From contig NC_068996.1 in the NCBI RefSeq assembly GCF_001194135.2, positions 27,979,864 to 28,024,767 of the forward strand: a stretch of 44,904 nucleotides of DNA, written 5' to 3'. Below the pieces are notes generated by a model. It saw only the letters and a program-made list of their open reading frames with translations, was not told the origin of the DNA and ran no database searches. Numbering within the stretch: position 1 is the stretch's first letter; every line of letters starts with the position of its first letter. This DNA is from Octopus bimaculoides (Eukaryota). This document shows, piece by piece, positions 25,694-38,690 of this stretch. The translations under genes were made by a program, and so were the position numbers.

Positions 25694-26204
25694 GCGCTTT
25701 CTCGCAGATCGAGCTACCATGCAGAAGCACGATATATCTCGTTTGATTATAGCGGACAAATAGATCTGATTGGTTCTCCTTTAGTGACCTCTTTAATGAT
25801 CCCATAGGAACTCAGGCAGTAGATCAACCAGTCTGTATCTAGTTTTAGTGAGCTTATAATAGTAAAACAGTGAATCATATAGTATGGCGCTGGGTTTAGT
25901 GAACTTAAAGAAGTGAATTACTAAACAACACAGTTTGGAGCCGTCTTTAGATGTTCGCGACGTCAGTTTGGAGACAGTTATGAGAGTCATTTATTAAATG
26001 TATATTGTATATAATGTATCGTCTTTCCTGACCGCATTCCAGAGAAGAAAATGCTTCATCTTTTAACTATCAGATGCTTAGCATACTGGTGCTCGTGTTT
26101 GCATACATATGATACATACCAACATACAAACATTTACATACATACATACATACATATACGTATACTCATACGCCTGTGTAAATATGCATACATGTGTGTC
26201 AACA

Positions 26205-26221
26205 CATGTATCCATCCATCC

Positions 26222-26270
<49 letters not shown>

Positions 26271-26285
26271 ATCTGTCTATCTATC

Positions 26286-26320
<35 letters not shown>

Positions 26321-26335
26321 ATCTGTCTATCTATC

Positions 26336-26398
<63 letters not shown>

Positions 26399-26460
26399 AT
26401 CTGTCTATCTATCTTATCTGTCTATCTATCTGTCTGTCTGTCAGTCTCTCTGTCATATCT
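26205..26460. repeat. (TATC)n microsatellite with a higher-order TATCTTATCTGTC unit
   Basis: Directly visible. Confidence 0.95.
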
Positions 26461-26629
26461 CTCACTATATATATCTGTACTGTAGGTACACACCATATGT
26501 ACGTCGTCTGTCTGGCTGTCAGTTCGTCTGTCTGTCTGTCTGTCTGTATATATGCACGTATGTAAGTATGCATGCATGCAGACTCGAAGGTTGACCTTCT
26601 TAACACAATCATTAATACAAGCATTAATC

Positions 26630-26745
26630 TAGCACTACCCACCACCATCTTCACGATCACTACCACCACAACCACTACCAACACCACGACCACAACTACC
26701 ATCACGGTCACCATGACCACCGCCAACACTACGACCACAGTTACC

Positions 26746-26777
<32 letters not shown>

Positions 26778-26800
26778 CAGCAGCAGCAGCAACTCGTCAA
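26630..26800. repeat. (ACC/ACT/AAC/AGC)n trinucleotide mosaic
   Basis: Directly visible. It explains the poly-Thr and poly-Val ORFs. Confidence 0.85.
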
Positions 26801-27963
26801 CACAACCAGCATTACTCTACAGTCAACCGCCATGTAGAAATATCCTTACACGTCACAGGCAACATCATTTTCGTCTTTATCGATACCATCTCCAGTTCGA
26901 TCATTCTCACCAATACCACTATGACCAACAAAAACAACGACACTCTCACCAGCACTAACACTAACTCTATCTTACTTACTATCTTCATCTGCATCACTTT
27001 CTCTTTAGTACCTCTGACAGCCCACACACATTCGTCATCACCGTCCTCCTCATATTCTCTACATTTGTTATCATTGCTTTTGCATCTGCTCTATCACTGC
27101 CTTCAACAGGGGCCAGATGGACCTCTCCCACCTCTCTCACACAGACATGAATAATATATTAAATCTTACACATGCAACTTCCTCGCCCCCGTCATTTCTT
27201 TTACTTCTTTTTATCTAGAACAATTTGCAGAGCCTATCTTATCATTTTTAGATATCCTCTTAGTCCATCTTATCACAATGATACACTCTGAATGCTTGAC
27301 TGAACTATTTTTGGTAAAAGCTGTTTACGCGAACAAATCTGAAACGGGTCTGGCAGTGATAACGCCCCCCCCCACCCGAAAATCTATCTTACTATCTTGT
27401 AATCTTTCAGTAGCGATACCTTAGACCATATTACGCCATATATGTGTGTGTGTGTGTGTGCGCGCGTGTATGTACACACACACACACACACATACACACA
27501 TATATTAATCAATGTATGTATGAGTAAATGTATATATGTTTTGGAAATATGTCATTTCATATCTCCTAGACAGTGTGATAAGTAAATTCAAGGCAAATCC
27601 CAGCCATACTTAACACGCATGAAGTCTATTTTATCTTTATTTTTGTCTTGTTCGTTATAATCAATCTAAAAATGTCCTCTGAATTAAGTTTAAAGGGGAG
27701 GAGTCCTAGAACTTTAATATGTTACCTTGAAAGTAGTGCTATCACTGTTTAATTAATTTGGAATTCGGAGTCGTCTCCCTTGCTGTATTAACCAGAATTA
27801 CACCGCCTTCGTATATATATGTATATATGTANNNNNNNNNNNNNNNNNNNNNNNNNNNNNNNNNNNNNNNNNNNNNNNNNNNNNNNNNNNNNNNNNNNNN
27901 NNNNNNNNNNNNNNNNNNNNNNNNNNNNNNNNNNNNNNNNNNNNNNNNNNATATATATATATA

Positions 27964-28002
<39 letters not shown>

Positions 28003-28144
28003 ATACGCAGATATATACGCAGGATTCCTAAGGACTTACGCTTATGGATCTTATTTCTTTCCATCTTATTCTTTTACTCCATTCCTGTCTGTCGTCATCT
28101 TATTAATATATACTATTCTCATTTTCCCTTTTTTTCTCTTATTT

Positions 28145-28199
28145 GTCTCTGATGAGGAATATCCCATACTCGGGGATATCCCAGAAACAGCTGTAAGTC
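28145..28199 (+). ncRNA. Minimal type I hammerhead ribozyme motif (Penelope-type), slightly decayed
   Basis: GTCT-CTGATGA(28149-55)-GGAATATCCC-atactcg-GGGATATCCC-a-GAAA(28184-87)-C-AGCT-G-TA-AGTC. Stem II is 9/10 paired. Stem III is very short with a palindromic AGCT loop. The cleavage triplet is GUA. Stem I has 1 mismatch and there is 1 extra A before GAAA. Confidence 0.6.
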
Positions 28200-28414
28200 T
28201 CAGTACAACTTAAGATGTTTGCTTTAACTTAATGTTTGCTCTCCTATTTAACAATTATATATCCGCTGCATCGGAGATCTGCAATGGGTCCATAACTACC
28301 GTTTCGGCTATAATTTTGGAGCCCCAGTAATCCGTTACAGTACTTACCTAGCGTACCTAATCGTTTAGACCACCTAAACCCCCAAACTATGTGTGTGCGT
28401 GTATATATATATTG

Positions 28415-28480
<66 letters not shown>

Positions 28481-30039
28481 TGTATATAATTAAACCTTGG
28501 GAGAGGCATTATGCCGGTAATAAACACACGCACTGGTTCAGTCCTTTATTAATTTATATAGTTTTTTGTTAAATTATTTCATTGCACTCTTGCAATCTCT
28601 TCAGTAACTTGTCTNNNNNNNNNNNNNNNNNNNNNNNNNNNNNNNNNNNNNNNNNNNNNNNNNNNNNNNNNNNNNNNNNNNNNNNNNNNNNNNNNNNNNN
28701 NNNNNNNNNNNNNNNNNNNNNNNNNNNNNNNNNNNNNNNNNNNNNNNNNNNNNNNNNNNNNNNNNNNNNNNNNNNNNNNNNNNNNNNNNNNNNNNNNNNN
28801 NNNNNNNNNNNNNNNNNNNNNNNNNNNNNNNNNNNNNNNNNNNNNNNNNNNNNNNNNNNNNNNNNNNNNNNNNNNNNNNNNNNNNNNNNNNNNNNNNNNN
28901 NNNNNNNNNNNNNNNNNNNNNNNNNNNNNNNNNNNNNNNNNNNNNNNNNNNNNNNNNNNNNNNNNNNNNNNNNNNNNNNNNNNNNNNNNNNNNNNNNNNN
29001 NNNNNNNNNNNNNNNNNNNNNNNNNNNNNNNNNNNNNNNNNNNNNNNNNNNNNNNNNNNNNNNNNNNNNNNNNNNNNNNNNNNNNNNNNNNNNNNNNNNN
29101 NNNNNNNNNNNNNNNNNNNNNNNNNNNNNNNNNNNNNNNNNNNNNNNNNNNNNNNNNNNNNNNNNNNNNNNNNNNNNNNNNNNNNNNNNNNNNNNNNNNN
29201 NNNNNNNNNNNNNNNNNNNNNNNNNNNNNNNNNNNNNNNNNNNNNNNNNNNNNNNNNNNNNNNNNNNNNNNNNNNNNNNNNNNNNNNNNNNNNNNNNNNN
29301 NNNNNNNNNNNNNNNNNNNNNNNNNNNNNNNNNNNNNNNNNNNNNNNNNNNNNNNNNNNNNNNNNNNNNNNNNNNNNNNNNNNNNNNNNNNNNNNNNNNN
29401 NNNNNNNNNNNNNNNNNNNNNNNNNNNNNNNNNNNNNNNNNNNNNNNNNNNNNNNNNNNNNNNNNNNNNNNNNNNNNNNNNNNNNNNNNNNNNNNNNNNN
29501 NNNNNNNNNNNNNNNNNNNNNNNNNNNNNNNNNNNNNNNNNNACATACATATAGTAATTAGATGAAGATAGTTATGGCCGGTCTATGGGGTTACCCAGGG
29601 TTTCACATACATAAAGGGCTTAGCATTAAAGCGTCTCTTCAGACCCTAATGGCCGGTGGCCTATAATCTTTCTTCAAAGTGTAGAGGGAAAAGAAGGGTT
29701 AAGTGCAAGGGATTGTCTACTTTAGACCGCTACCTGTAATTGAACCGGTCGGCTTGTGGATCCCAAGACTACAGTAATCTCCTGAAGTGTAAGCGGGGTC
29801 CGAAGACTTCCGTTCTGGAACTTAAGATTTTCCCCGGGTCAAGGGAGTTCATTAATATTCGCGCCCGTTCAGCTATGCGCAGCTTGCTCCCGTTTCTAGG
29901 ATCTTCCATGAGATTACGTGTGGAGTCCCTTCGTTCTTCAGGCGCCACATATAGCTTAGCAAAGCCATGGCGTATCGTCTCTCCGGGATCCTTTGACCAG
30001 CCATGTGTGGCACCTGAAGGATGAAGGGACAACGATCTC

Positions 30040-30180
30040 AGAGTTCAACTGGTACTTATTTTATCGATTCAGAAAGGATAAAAGGCAAAGTGGAATTTGA
30101 ATCCAGGACGCAAAGATGGACGAAATGTCACTAAGCATTTTACCCGGTGTGCTAACGACTGTCAGTTCGCCGCATTATAG
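30040..30180 (-). mobile_element. SINE family 2 copy
   Basis: 'CAACTGGTACTTATTTTATCGATTCAGAAAGGATAAAAGGCAAAG...GATGGACGAAATG' matches 14700-14850. Confidence 0.7.
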
Positions 30181-30885
30181 TATGAAGTATATCAACGCGC
30201 GCACAGACTCGCATATGTACACACGCGTGCACACATACATCACATAAACATATACATATATAACGTAGATTTCCTGCTCCCTACGTTCCAACAGTTTAAA
30301 AATTATTTAAAATTTAAATGTTGTTTCTCCTGCTATTTTCTTCTGACCAGAACCAGTTATTTAGATGACTATTCATGTAATTTACCAGTTTGTTTATGTA
30401 CGCATGTATGTTAAGTATATAGGTATGTGCATATATGTATGTGTGTCTTTCTATGTGTATATATATATGTCTGTCTGTCTGTAAGTATGCATGTATGTAT
30501 AACGTAAAATTATAAACAGTTGAAAAACCCTACAGAAGATGAATAAAGTACGTGGAATGCGGTATTAGCTTAACGCTTCAAACGATCATTTAAAATTACT
30601 ATGAAATGTCATGTTTAGGACACCAGTACCTCTTCAGAGTAAAGTAAGCACTGACATAGATACAGTGAACCAATAAGTTTTTATTATATAGATCACATCT
30701 AAATTGCGGAGAAACAAATTATCCGAATGACTTGTTTCAAGTGAAGAATGGCAAGGGGAGACAATTTCAATATAGATTAATTAAATAGTTAAAAACACTA
30801 TGCAGTAGACAGTAAATGGCGATAGTCTGACAAAACCATCTTATTATACCTCTTATTTCTGTTCGTTTTGGTGATTGTTTCTTAC

Positions 30886-31046
30886 CTTGTGGTTTTTGAA
30901 CACGAAGAAGGTTTGCACAAAAACGAATAGCAAGTGCATAACGTAAACAAGAGGGAATATCGGGCTCTCACAGGTGGCGGTTGCCTCTGTCTCAAAGTAA
31001 GTTGCAATATGGAAACCATCTAGGGCGACACTTCCAAGACTGAATG
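30886..31046 (-). CDS. otop: Otopetrin exon (TM3-TM4), 161 nt, phase 1 to 0
   Basis: ttcttttgcag|CA TTC...CAC AAG|gtaaga. Encodes '(A)FSLGSVALDGFHIATYFE...C...VYVMHLLFVFVQTFFVFKNHK'. Phases match both neighbouring exons. Confidence 0.93.
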
Positions 31047-31299
31047 CTGCAAAAGAAAGAGAAGAAAAAGAAATAATCAAATGAAGGAAAATTATAAATA
31101 TGCAAGAATATATGTAATCTATAGGCAACACGTACAGTTGTCACTAAAGTGACGGAAGGTGCTAGTAACTGTACTTGATGCTTATCGGTTCTGAATTGCA
31201 AATAACCACCTTAATAATTTATAATTCTCAAGAATATATGTGTATGTGTGTGTATGTGTGTGTACGTGTATATATACATACATGCTTACATATATATAA

Positions 31300-31331
<32 letters not shown>

Positions 31332-31336
31332 ATATA

Positions 31337-32298
31337 TGTAGACGACCGTGCGAACCAAAGGAGAAATGGTGACGAATGGAAACAGGCTCCTTTTAACGCG
31401 TCGCACGGTCGACACAAAAATATATGATAATATGTTATAATACTATAACATAAGTGAACTAGTAAATGCCAGTAAGGAAAAGAGGTTGACTCAACCGATA
31501 AAGATGTATAACAGTAAGATTTATTAGAGCATTAAATTGTATGTCTGTGTGTGTGTGAATGCGACATAATAAAACACAATATAAGACAGGCCGTCATGTA
31601 AACAAAGAGTGTGTATACAAATATATGTATGTGAATGCAAGAGATACAGAGTATAGATAAGAGTCTGTAACATGGATAAGAAAATATCAGTTCTCAGTTA
31701 AGGTACACAGTAGATTTGAAAGTCTGTATATAAGAGGTTGAGGCGTTGAGGCAGAGCTAAGTCACATGTCGTGCAGTTGAGGCTTCTATGCCGGGCCGGG
31801 CTACTTGATACAGATGGTCTTTTGAGTTCTGGCTGTTATTTCGTGGTGAACAATTCATACAAACAGGGTTGAGAAGCTACGGTTGCTGTTGGTAGCTTGT
31901 GTACGTAATGTGTTGACGCTGGGGACGAAGCTTGTAGTAAACAGTTGAACGATGGTGTTGATGTCGTCGCTGGAAACTGGCTGGTTGGTGTTACGTGTGG
32001 TCAACGACCAGATCTTAGAAGATCTGAAGCCGCGACAAACTGGCGCGTATAAAGCAGGCTATTTATAGGTACAGATAGACTCCAGAAAGCATCAGAAAAA
32101 CACTCTCTCACGTGACCTTATTAGATGGCCACGATTGGTCGGTTTGCACCCTGGCGCGAACAGGACTGGAAACAATTGCCGCGCAAATAAGAGTCAGTCA
32201 GGTGATGGACAACAGCCGAGTCCAAGGCGGGAAAGAGATGTTACCTGCTACGTTCGCATTTGTAAATAAATAACCGTGAGAGAGGTGGTTTCACTACA
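31337..32298. mobile_element. Putative solo LTR (962 bp, TGTAG...CTACA) inserted in a (TA)n tract
   Basis: 5-bp inverted termini TGTAG/CTACA, flanked by TATA on both sides. The interior is GC-richer and non-coding, with TATA-like (GTATAAAG), CCAAT-like (GATTGG) and AATAAA motifs. Confidence 0.5.
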
Positions 32299-32359
32299 TA
32301 TATATATATATAGATATTGTTGACACCCTTATGTATATATATCATGTATACACATACCT

Positions 32360-32394
<35 letters not shown>

Positions 32395-32599
32395 TACATA
32401 CATACATACATACATACATACATACATGCATATATATACATATATACATACATGCATACATACGCATACACACATTCATGTACAAGGTGGGCCAAAAGTT
32501 ACGCGTCAAAACATTTGACATTTTATTCATATTACGTTATTATTACTATTATTATTCCTTCGTAACACAGTGTAGGTAAAAATGCACCGAAATATTTAG

Positions 32600-32970
32600 T
32601 CATCTGTTAAATCACAACAAGGACCTTAGACAGATACTTTCCTTAAGGTGTGTGCTGTGCCCAATAAGATCGCCTTTTGCAAGACATCAATTTGGCATGG
32701 GATTTCCAGTTGCCTTTAAGAAGTCTTGAAGTTTCAATGGGATTGAGCCCAACGCTCCGATCACCACTGGTATCGCTTTTACATTATCCTCTCGCATTCC
32801 ATACAGTCTTGCCATTTCCGCTTTCAATTCGGAGTACTTGGTGATTTTTTCAACCTCTTTACTCACAACATTCGTCATTTGGTATGGCTCCATCAATGAT
32901 CTAACAGTATTTGTCTCTCTTATTCAATATGACAATATCCAGCGACGGTATTCGATTACACGATCCGTCT
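32600..32970 (-). mobile_element. R4/Dong-like non-LTR 3' end (RLE domain) running into an assembly gap
   Basis: 'TDRVIEYRRWDIVI...IID', 'EKITKYSELKAEMARLYG...IPVVIGALGSIP', 'GHSTHL'. Homologous to 23740-24033 but clearly diverged. Confidence 0.8.
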
Positions 32971-35900
32971 NNNNNNNNNNNNNNNNNNNNNNNNNNNNNN
33001 NNNNNNNNNNNNNNNNNNNNNNNNNNNNNNNNNNNNNNNNNNNNNNNNNNNNNNNNNNNNNNNNNNNNNNNNNNNNNNNNNNNNNNNNNNNNNNNNNNNN
33101 NNNNNNNNNNNNNNNNNNNNNNNNNNNNNNNNNNNNNNNNNNNNNNNNNNNNNNNNNNNNNNNNNNNNNNNNNNNNNNNNNNNNNNNNNNNNNNNNNNNN
33201 NNNNNNNNNNNNNNNNNNNNNNNNNNNNNNNNNNNNNNNNNNNNNNNNNNNNNNNNNNNNNNNNNNNNNNNNNNNNNNNNNNNNNNNNNNNNNNNNNNNN
33301 NNNNNNNNNNNNNNNNNNNNNNNNNNNNNNNNNNNNNNNNNNNNNNNNNNNNNNNNNNNNNNNNNNNNNNNNNNNNNNNNNNNNNNNNNNNNNNNNNNNN
33401 NNNNNNNNNNNNNNNNNNNNNNNNNNNNNNNNNNNNNNNNNNNNNNNNNNNNNNNNNNNNNNNNNNNNNNNNNNNNNNNNNNNNNNNNNNNNNNNNNNNN
33501 NNNNNNNNNNNNNNNNNNNNNNNNNNNNNNNNNNNNNNNNNNNNNNNNNNNNNNNNNNNNNNNNNNNNNNNNNNNNNNNNNNNNNNNNNNNNNNNNNNNN
33601 NNNNNNNNNNNNNNNNNNNNNNNNNNNNNNNNNNNNNNNNNNNNNNNNNNNNNNNNNNNNNNNNNNNNNNNNNNNNNNNNNNNNNNNNNNNNNNNNNNNN
33701 NNNNNNNNNNNNNNNNNNNNNNNNNNNNNNNNNNNNNNNNNNNNNNNNNNNNNNNNNNNNNNNNNNNNNNNNNNNNNNNNNNNNNNNNNNNNNNNNNNNN
33801 NNNNNNNNNNNNNNNNNNNNNNNNNNNNNNNNNNNNNNNNNNNNNNNNNNNNNNNNNNNNNNNNNNNNNNNNNNNNNNNNNNNNNNNNNNNNNNNNNNNN
33901 NNNNNNNNNNNNNNNNNNNNNNNNNNNATGCATATCTACAAGTACGTCAAAAAGTTTGTCAGTAGTGCATACCACATGTGAAATGTTTTGATCTTTCAGG
34001 TCAGAGGGCATGCCTGAAATTTTACGATAAAATGAAAATCCTTTCACTTCATTCTACATTGATGAATGAGGTGGAGGGTGGCCAGTTGGTGGGATGATGG
34101 GATAGCAGAGGGAACGCGAGGGGCAGTACAAGGTGGGTGGTAAAACAAGGTAGGTAACTGATATATGGTTCAATCAGAGATGGTATGTTATGAAATTGTG
34201 TGAATGTTTGTATGTTTATCTATATAGTGTATATATGTAGTATATGTATGTGTTGGAAATGTATGTACAAAAATGTGTGTACGATGCGGCTAGGTATGTG
34301 TATGCGGTTCACTGATGTGTGTCTATGTGTGTGCGTGTGTATGTGTGTATGAATGTGTGATGTGGTGTGGTGGTGGTGGTGGTGGAGGTGAGGGTGGTGG
34401 CGGCGGCGGCGGTGGTGGTGGTATGTGTGTGTGTGTGTGTGTGTTTGCGTACATGCGCGTGTGAATGTTTTCCTTTGCAAAATATTTCTTTTTCTATGTA
34501 GTAATTTGAGGACACACAATTTCAGATTTTAGTAACATGAACCCACATCATACAATCCATCGCCAATTTCTGAGCACACATTTTGTAACTGAAAAGGTCT
34601 AAAAAAAACCTGGCCTGTTCTTTCACCAGATAGCTTTAAAGATCAGATCCACACCAAAATGTATCATTATTTTATGCAAAAGTTTCGATCAACTGATCTT
34701 AATGGAGTTATTTCCCTTGCTTATATATTTAAAAAAAATTAAATCCCCCTATCCAAAAGAAATTTCAAGTTGATCAAAAATGTTCAATTTACAATATATT
34801 GCATATGTGAGACTCTACCGTGTAAGCACAAACTTCCTGCAAACCGCTCTCCGCTTTTTACAGCAATTTATTTTTATGCAAACAGTCCTTTTGTCTATAA
34901 GTCTTGAGTAATGTTCTACCAAAATATCTATAATGTTCTAAACAGATACACATAATATATTTATTACACACATACATATGCATGCGCGAGCATAGAAATG
35001 CACATGCAAAGGTGATTTGCAATTCTATGGATGTTGACACCACACGCGCTGATGTAGATTTTTATATAATATTACAGAAAAATATTCTAAAAAGAAAAAA
35101 ATCATAACGGAAGAATTTCGAAACAGTTATGGTCTAATCTTATTCAAGAGATGAGTAAGGGGAGATATTATGCTGAGTTATGGGTCATTAACAATCTATA
35201 TGATATGAGTGTGTTGCTTACTAATGTTTTCCTATTTCATTTTGTTTTACGTTGTTTAGCAATTTCTCCTTATTGTAAGTGCATAGTGAGCCCATGGAAA
35301 AGTGTTGTACTTGTATAATCAAAGTAACAGTTACAGTCATGAACTTTATAACTTGCAATTTTACAATCAAATCTACAAATCATGCTATCTGCTTGTAGCT
35401 TGCTATTGACACGGCGGTTTTTTGATTTTAGTAAATTTGTAGCGTATTATTAATGTTAGTGCATGGTTTGATGTAAAGGTAGGACTGTGAAAATCTAGAA
35501 ACGTTGAGGATCGATTCAGGAACTTTACTGTTAAAAACGAAAATATAAGGAAAAACTTCAATAAAAAAGATAAAACTAGAATATAGTCATGCTTTCAATA
35601 CTTATTTATCCATCCATCCATCCACATGTGTGTGTGTGTGTATGTGTGTGTACACAAGCCTATAAATATGCACAATGTTTGTACAAACACGTAAGACCAG
35701 AAGAGTAAATATTTTGTCGAAAACACGTGCAGATCATATACACATATGTATGTATGTATATATGTATGTGATACTGACACACACACATATATATATGTAA
35801 GCAAATAAATAGATAAATTATATAAAAATAAGTGAAATTTAATGACTGCTCTAACAATTTTCGAACAGGAAACTTTCTAATTCAACTAATGTGTACGTCC

Positions 35901-36710
35901 GCTTATAGTTTCTAGCTTCCTCAGAGTCAAGTATGTTGTGTGCTAGATTGCACTTTACACGTGCAGCTGGGATTTTGATGTTTTTTTTTGTGATGAACTG
36001 CATACATCCTCATTACCAAATATTGGTCCTGTCATGGAGGTGTGTATATATATATATATAGACACACACATTCATAATACATTTAAGTAGATACATACAT
36101 ACATGCATGTATATATTATATACATATTTGTCTATCTATCTACCTATTTCTTTCTCTCCCACCCTCTCTCTCTATCTTTCGCCATATATGTTTATATATA
36201 TATATATATATGGGAGAATTTACGGAAAAAACAACAGACGAACACAGGTGGTGTAAACAACAAATGGATGTATACGCGTGCATACATACGTACACTCACA
36301 TATGACTTCATTAGTTTTATACTAACTATCCCTGGCAGCAAATGCATTTCAGACCCTGACCCAGACGAGCAGGTGTCTTAAACCACCCTCAAAAGTATGT
36401 CATTTCAGATCCTTCATGTTCATAACTTCAAATTTCTCAAGCGACTCTCAAGTAGCTTCTCTGCAGATGAGCGACAAACAAACTTTACCTCCCACATACG
36501 GATGAAAAGGACCCACCTACTGAATGTTGGTTTTTATCCACCACCTGCAACACTTGCAGGATGACTAGCTGAAAATCAAAATATACCTTCATACATCAAA
36601 CAGCCTGCAATGCTTCCCGCTTCCCAAACGTCAATCCATTTGGTCTCTTGCCAAAACGTGTTTTTGACAATTGCATAGAACAGGATTGTTTTTGACAATT
36701 ACATAGAACA

Positions 36711-36829
36711 GAAGCAAGCTTCTTACCACACAGCGTGGTAAGAAGCTTGCTTCCCAACCACATGGTTCCGGGTTCAGTCCCCACTGTGTGGCACCTTGGG
36801 CAACTGTCTTCTATTATAGCCTCGGACCG
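36711..36829 (+). mobile_element. SINE family 1 head with a 5' fold-back (19-bp perfect inverted repeat)
   Basis: GAAGCAAGCTTCTTACCAC-acagc-GTGGTAAGAAGCTTGCTTC, then the SINE continues into the N gap. Confidence 0.75.
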
Positions 36830-38690
36830 NNNNNNNNNNNNNNNNNNNNNNNNNNNNNNNNNNNNNNNNNNNNNNNNNNNNNNNNNNNNNNNNNNNNNNN
36901 NNNNNNNNNNNNNNNNNNNNNNNNNNNNNNNNNNNNNNNNNNNNNNNNNNNNNNNNNNNNNNNNNNNNNNNNNNNNNNNNNNNNNNNNNNNNNNNNNNNN
37001 NNNNNNNNNNNNNNNNNNNNNNNNNNNNNNNNNNNNNNNNNNNNNNNNNNNNNNNNNNNNNNNNNNNNNNNNNNNNNNNNNNNNNNNNNNNNNNNNNNNN
37101 NNNNNNNNNNNNNNNNNNNNNNNNNNNNNNNNNNNNNNNNNNNNNNNNNNNNNNNNNNNNNNNNNNNNNNNNNNNNNNNNNNNNNNNNNNNNNNNNNNNN
37201 NNNNNNNNNNNNNNNNNNNNNNNNNNNNNNNNNNNNNNNNNNNNNNNNNNNNNNNNNNNNNNNNNNNNNNNNNNNNNNNNNNNNNNNNNNNNNNNNNNNN
37301 NNNNNNNNNNNNNNNNNNNNNNNNNNNNNNNNNNNNNNNNNNNNNNNNNNNNNNNNNNNNNNNNNNNNNNNNNNNNNNNNNNNNNNNNNNNNNNNNNNNN
37401 NNNNNNNNNNNNNNNNNNNNNNNNNNNNNNNNNNNNNNNNNNNNNNNNNNNNNNNNNNNNNNNNNNNNNNNNNNNNNNNNNNNNNNNNNNNNNNNNNNNN
37501 NNNNNNNNNNNNNNNNNNNNNNNNNNNNNNNNNNNNNNNNNNNNNNNNNNNNNNNNNNNNNNNNNNNNNNNNNNNNNNNNNNNNNNNNNNNNNNNNNNNN
37601 NNNNNNNNNNNNNNNNNNNNNNNNNNNNNNNNNNNNNNNNNNNNNNNNNNNNNNNNNNNNNNNNNNNNNGGGTATACCCAGTGTAACGCAGTGTTCTTCG
37701 GCAGTTTACTGTTTGAGACTTACTGCGGTAAAGGAAGGGGTATCAAGTCAAATAAATTGAATTTTGCCAATTACGGGTGCAGGGTTCAGTGATTCTTGGG
37801 GGGGGGGGCATGTTGTATGTGATACAAAGCATTTTTTTGAGCGTGTAATGTGAAACACAAGACGTAAAGAGTTTCTCTGTGTGCATCGGGAAACATTTTC
37901 CTTAGTACCTAACGTGAAACATAAAAGATATGTAATATGTCTCTTTGTGTACAACAATAGTTCGAAAATATAATATAAAGTAAAAGAACAGAAGCAAGGG
38001 CTATAAAGTATTTTAGCCAGATGCTTTTCCAATTCTATCAACTCAGTTTTTCGGATTTTGTTTCTTTTTGGACCAGGTACAGCACTATATTTTACTTGAC
38101 ACGCAGCTACAGACAGCCATTAGAACTATCTCAAATCGCATTATATTGCCTTAAAATGGTAATATAAGCATTCAAGGCAAATTTCAAATTTTTGCACCGG
38201 ACTAGCAAGTTCAGGAGAAGTGGTAAGTTGGTTACATCGACCCAGGTGCTCAACTAGTGCCGGAATGTCTTTAATCATAGATCTACTCAACCAGGACTGA
38301 CCTGGGCTAAAACTCAACAACAATAACATCCTAGCATCGAACAAACAATAGTCTCTTGGTGGTCACTTGACCTGCTAGGAGAAGTAGTCAAATTTCCCTC
38401 AGATCATACCTAGCTGTTTTAAATAAGGAAAGGAAACATTGGCTAATACACTTCCACACCCACCTAAAAAGGCAGGATGGTCTCGACCAGAACGCTTTTG
38501 ATCACAAGTCTATTCAATCAGAACTGATTTGAATCGGGACAGATTTAAGAAGAAAAGTGTGAAGGAAAGGGAGGGAATTAAAAAAAATTAAAGGAAATTA
38601 TTTTATTATTGTCTTATCGGTTTCAGTCAGAGGCTATAGTCATGCCGGGGCCAAATAAGTTAAAAAAATAAATTCAAAAGTTAAGTTTAC

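Noticed and set aside
26409-27154. Mucin-like Thr-rich or poly-Val ORFs
   Set aside because: This is a trinucleotide mosaic inside an intron with no splice or domain support.
28569-29565. Long ORFs of 160-375 aa made of X (also near 6687, 18881, 32838, 36735 and 41116)
   Set aside because: They span assembly gaps (N runs).
30600-30640. Minus-strand CTGAAGAG...TAAAC as a third hammerhead
   Set aside because: The GAAA core is broken and the stems do not pair.
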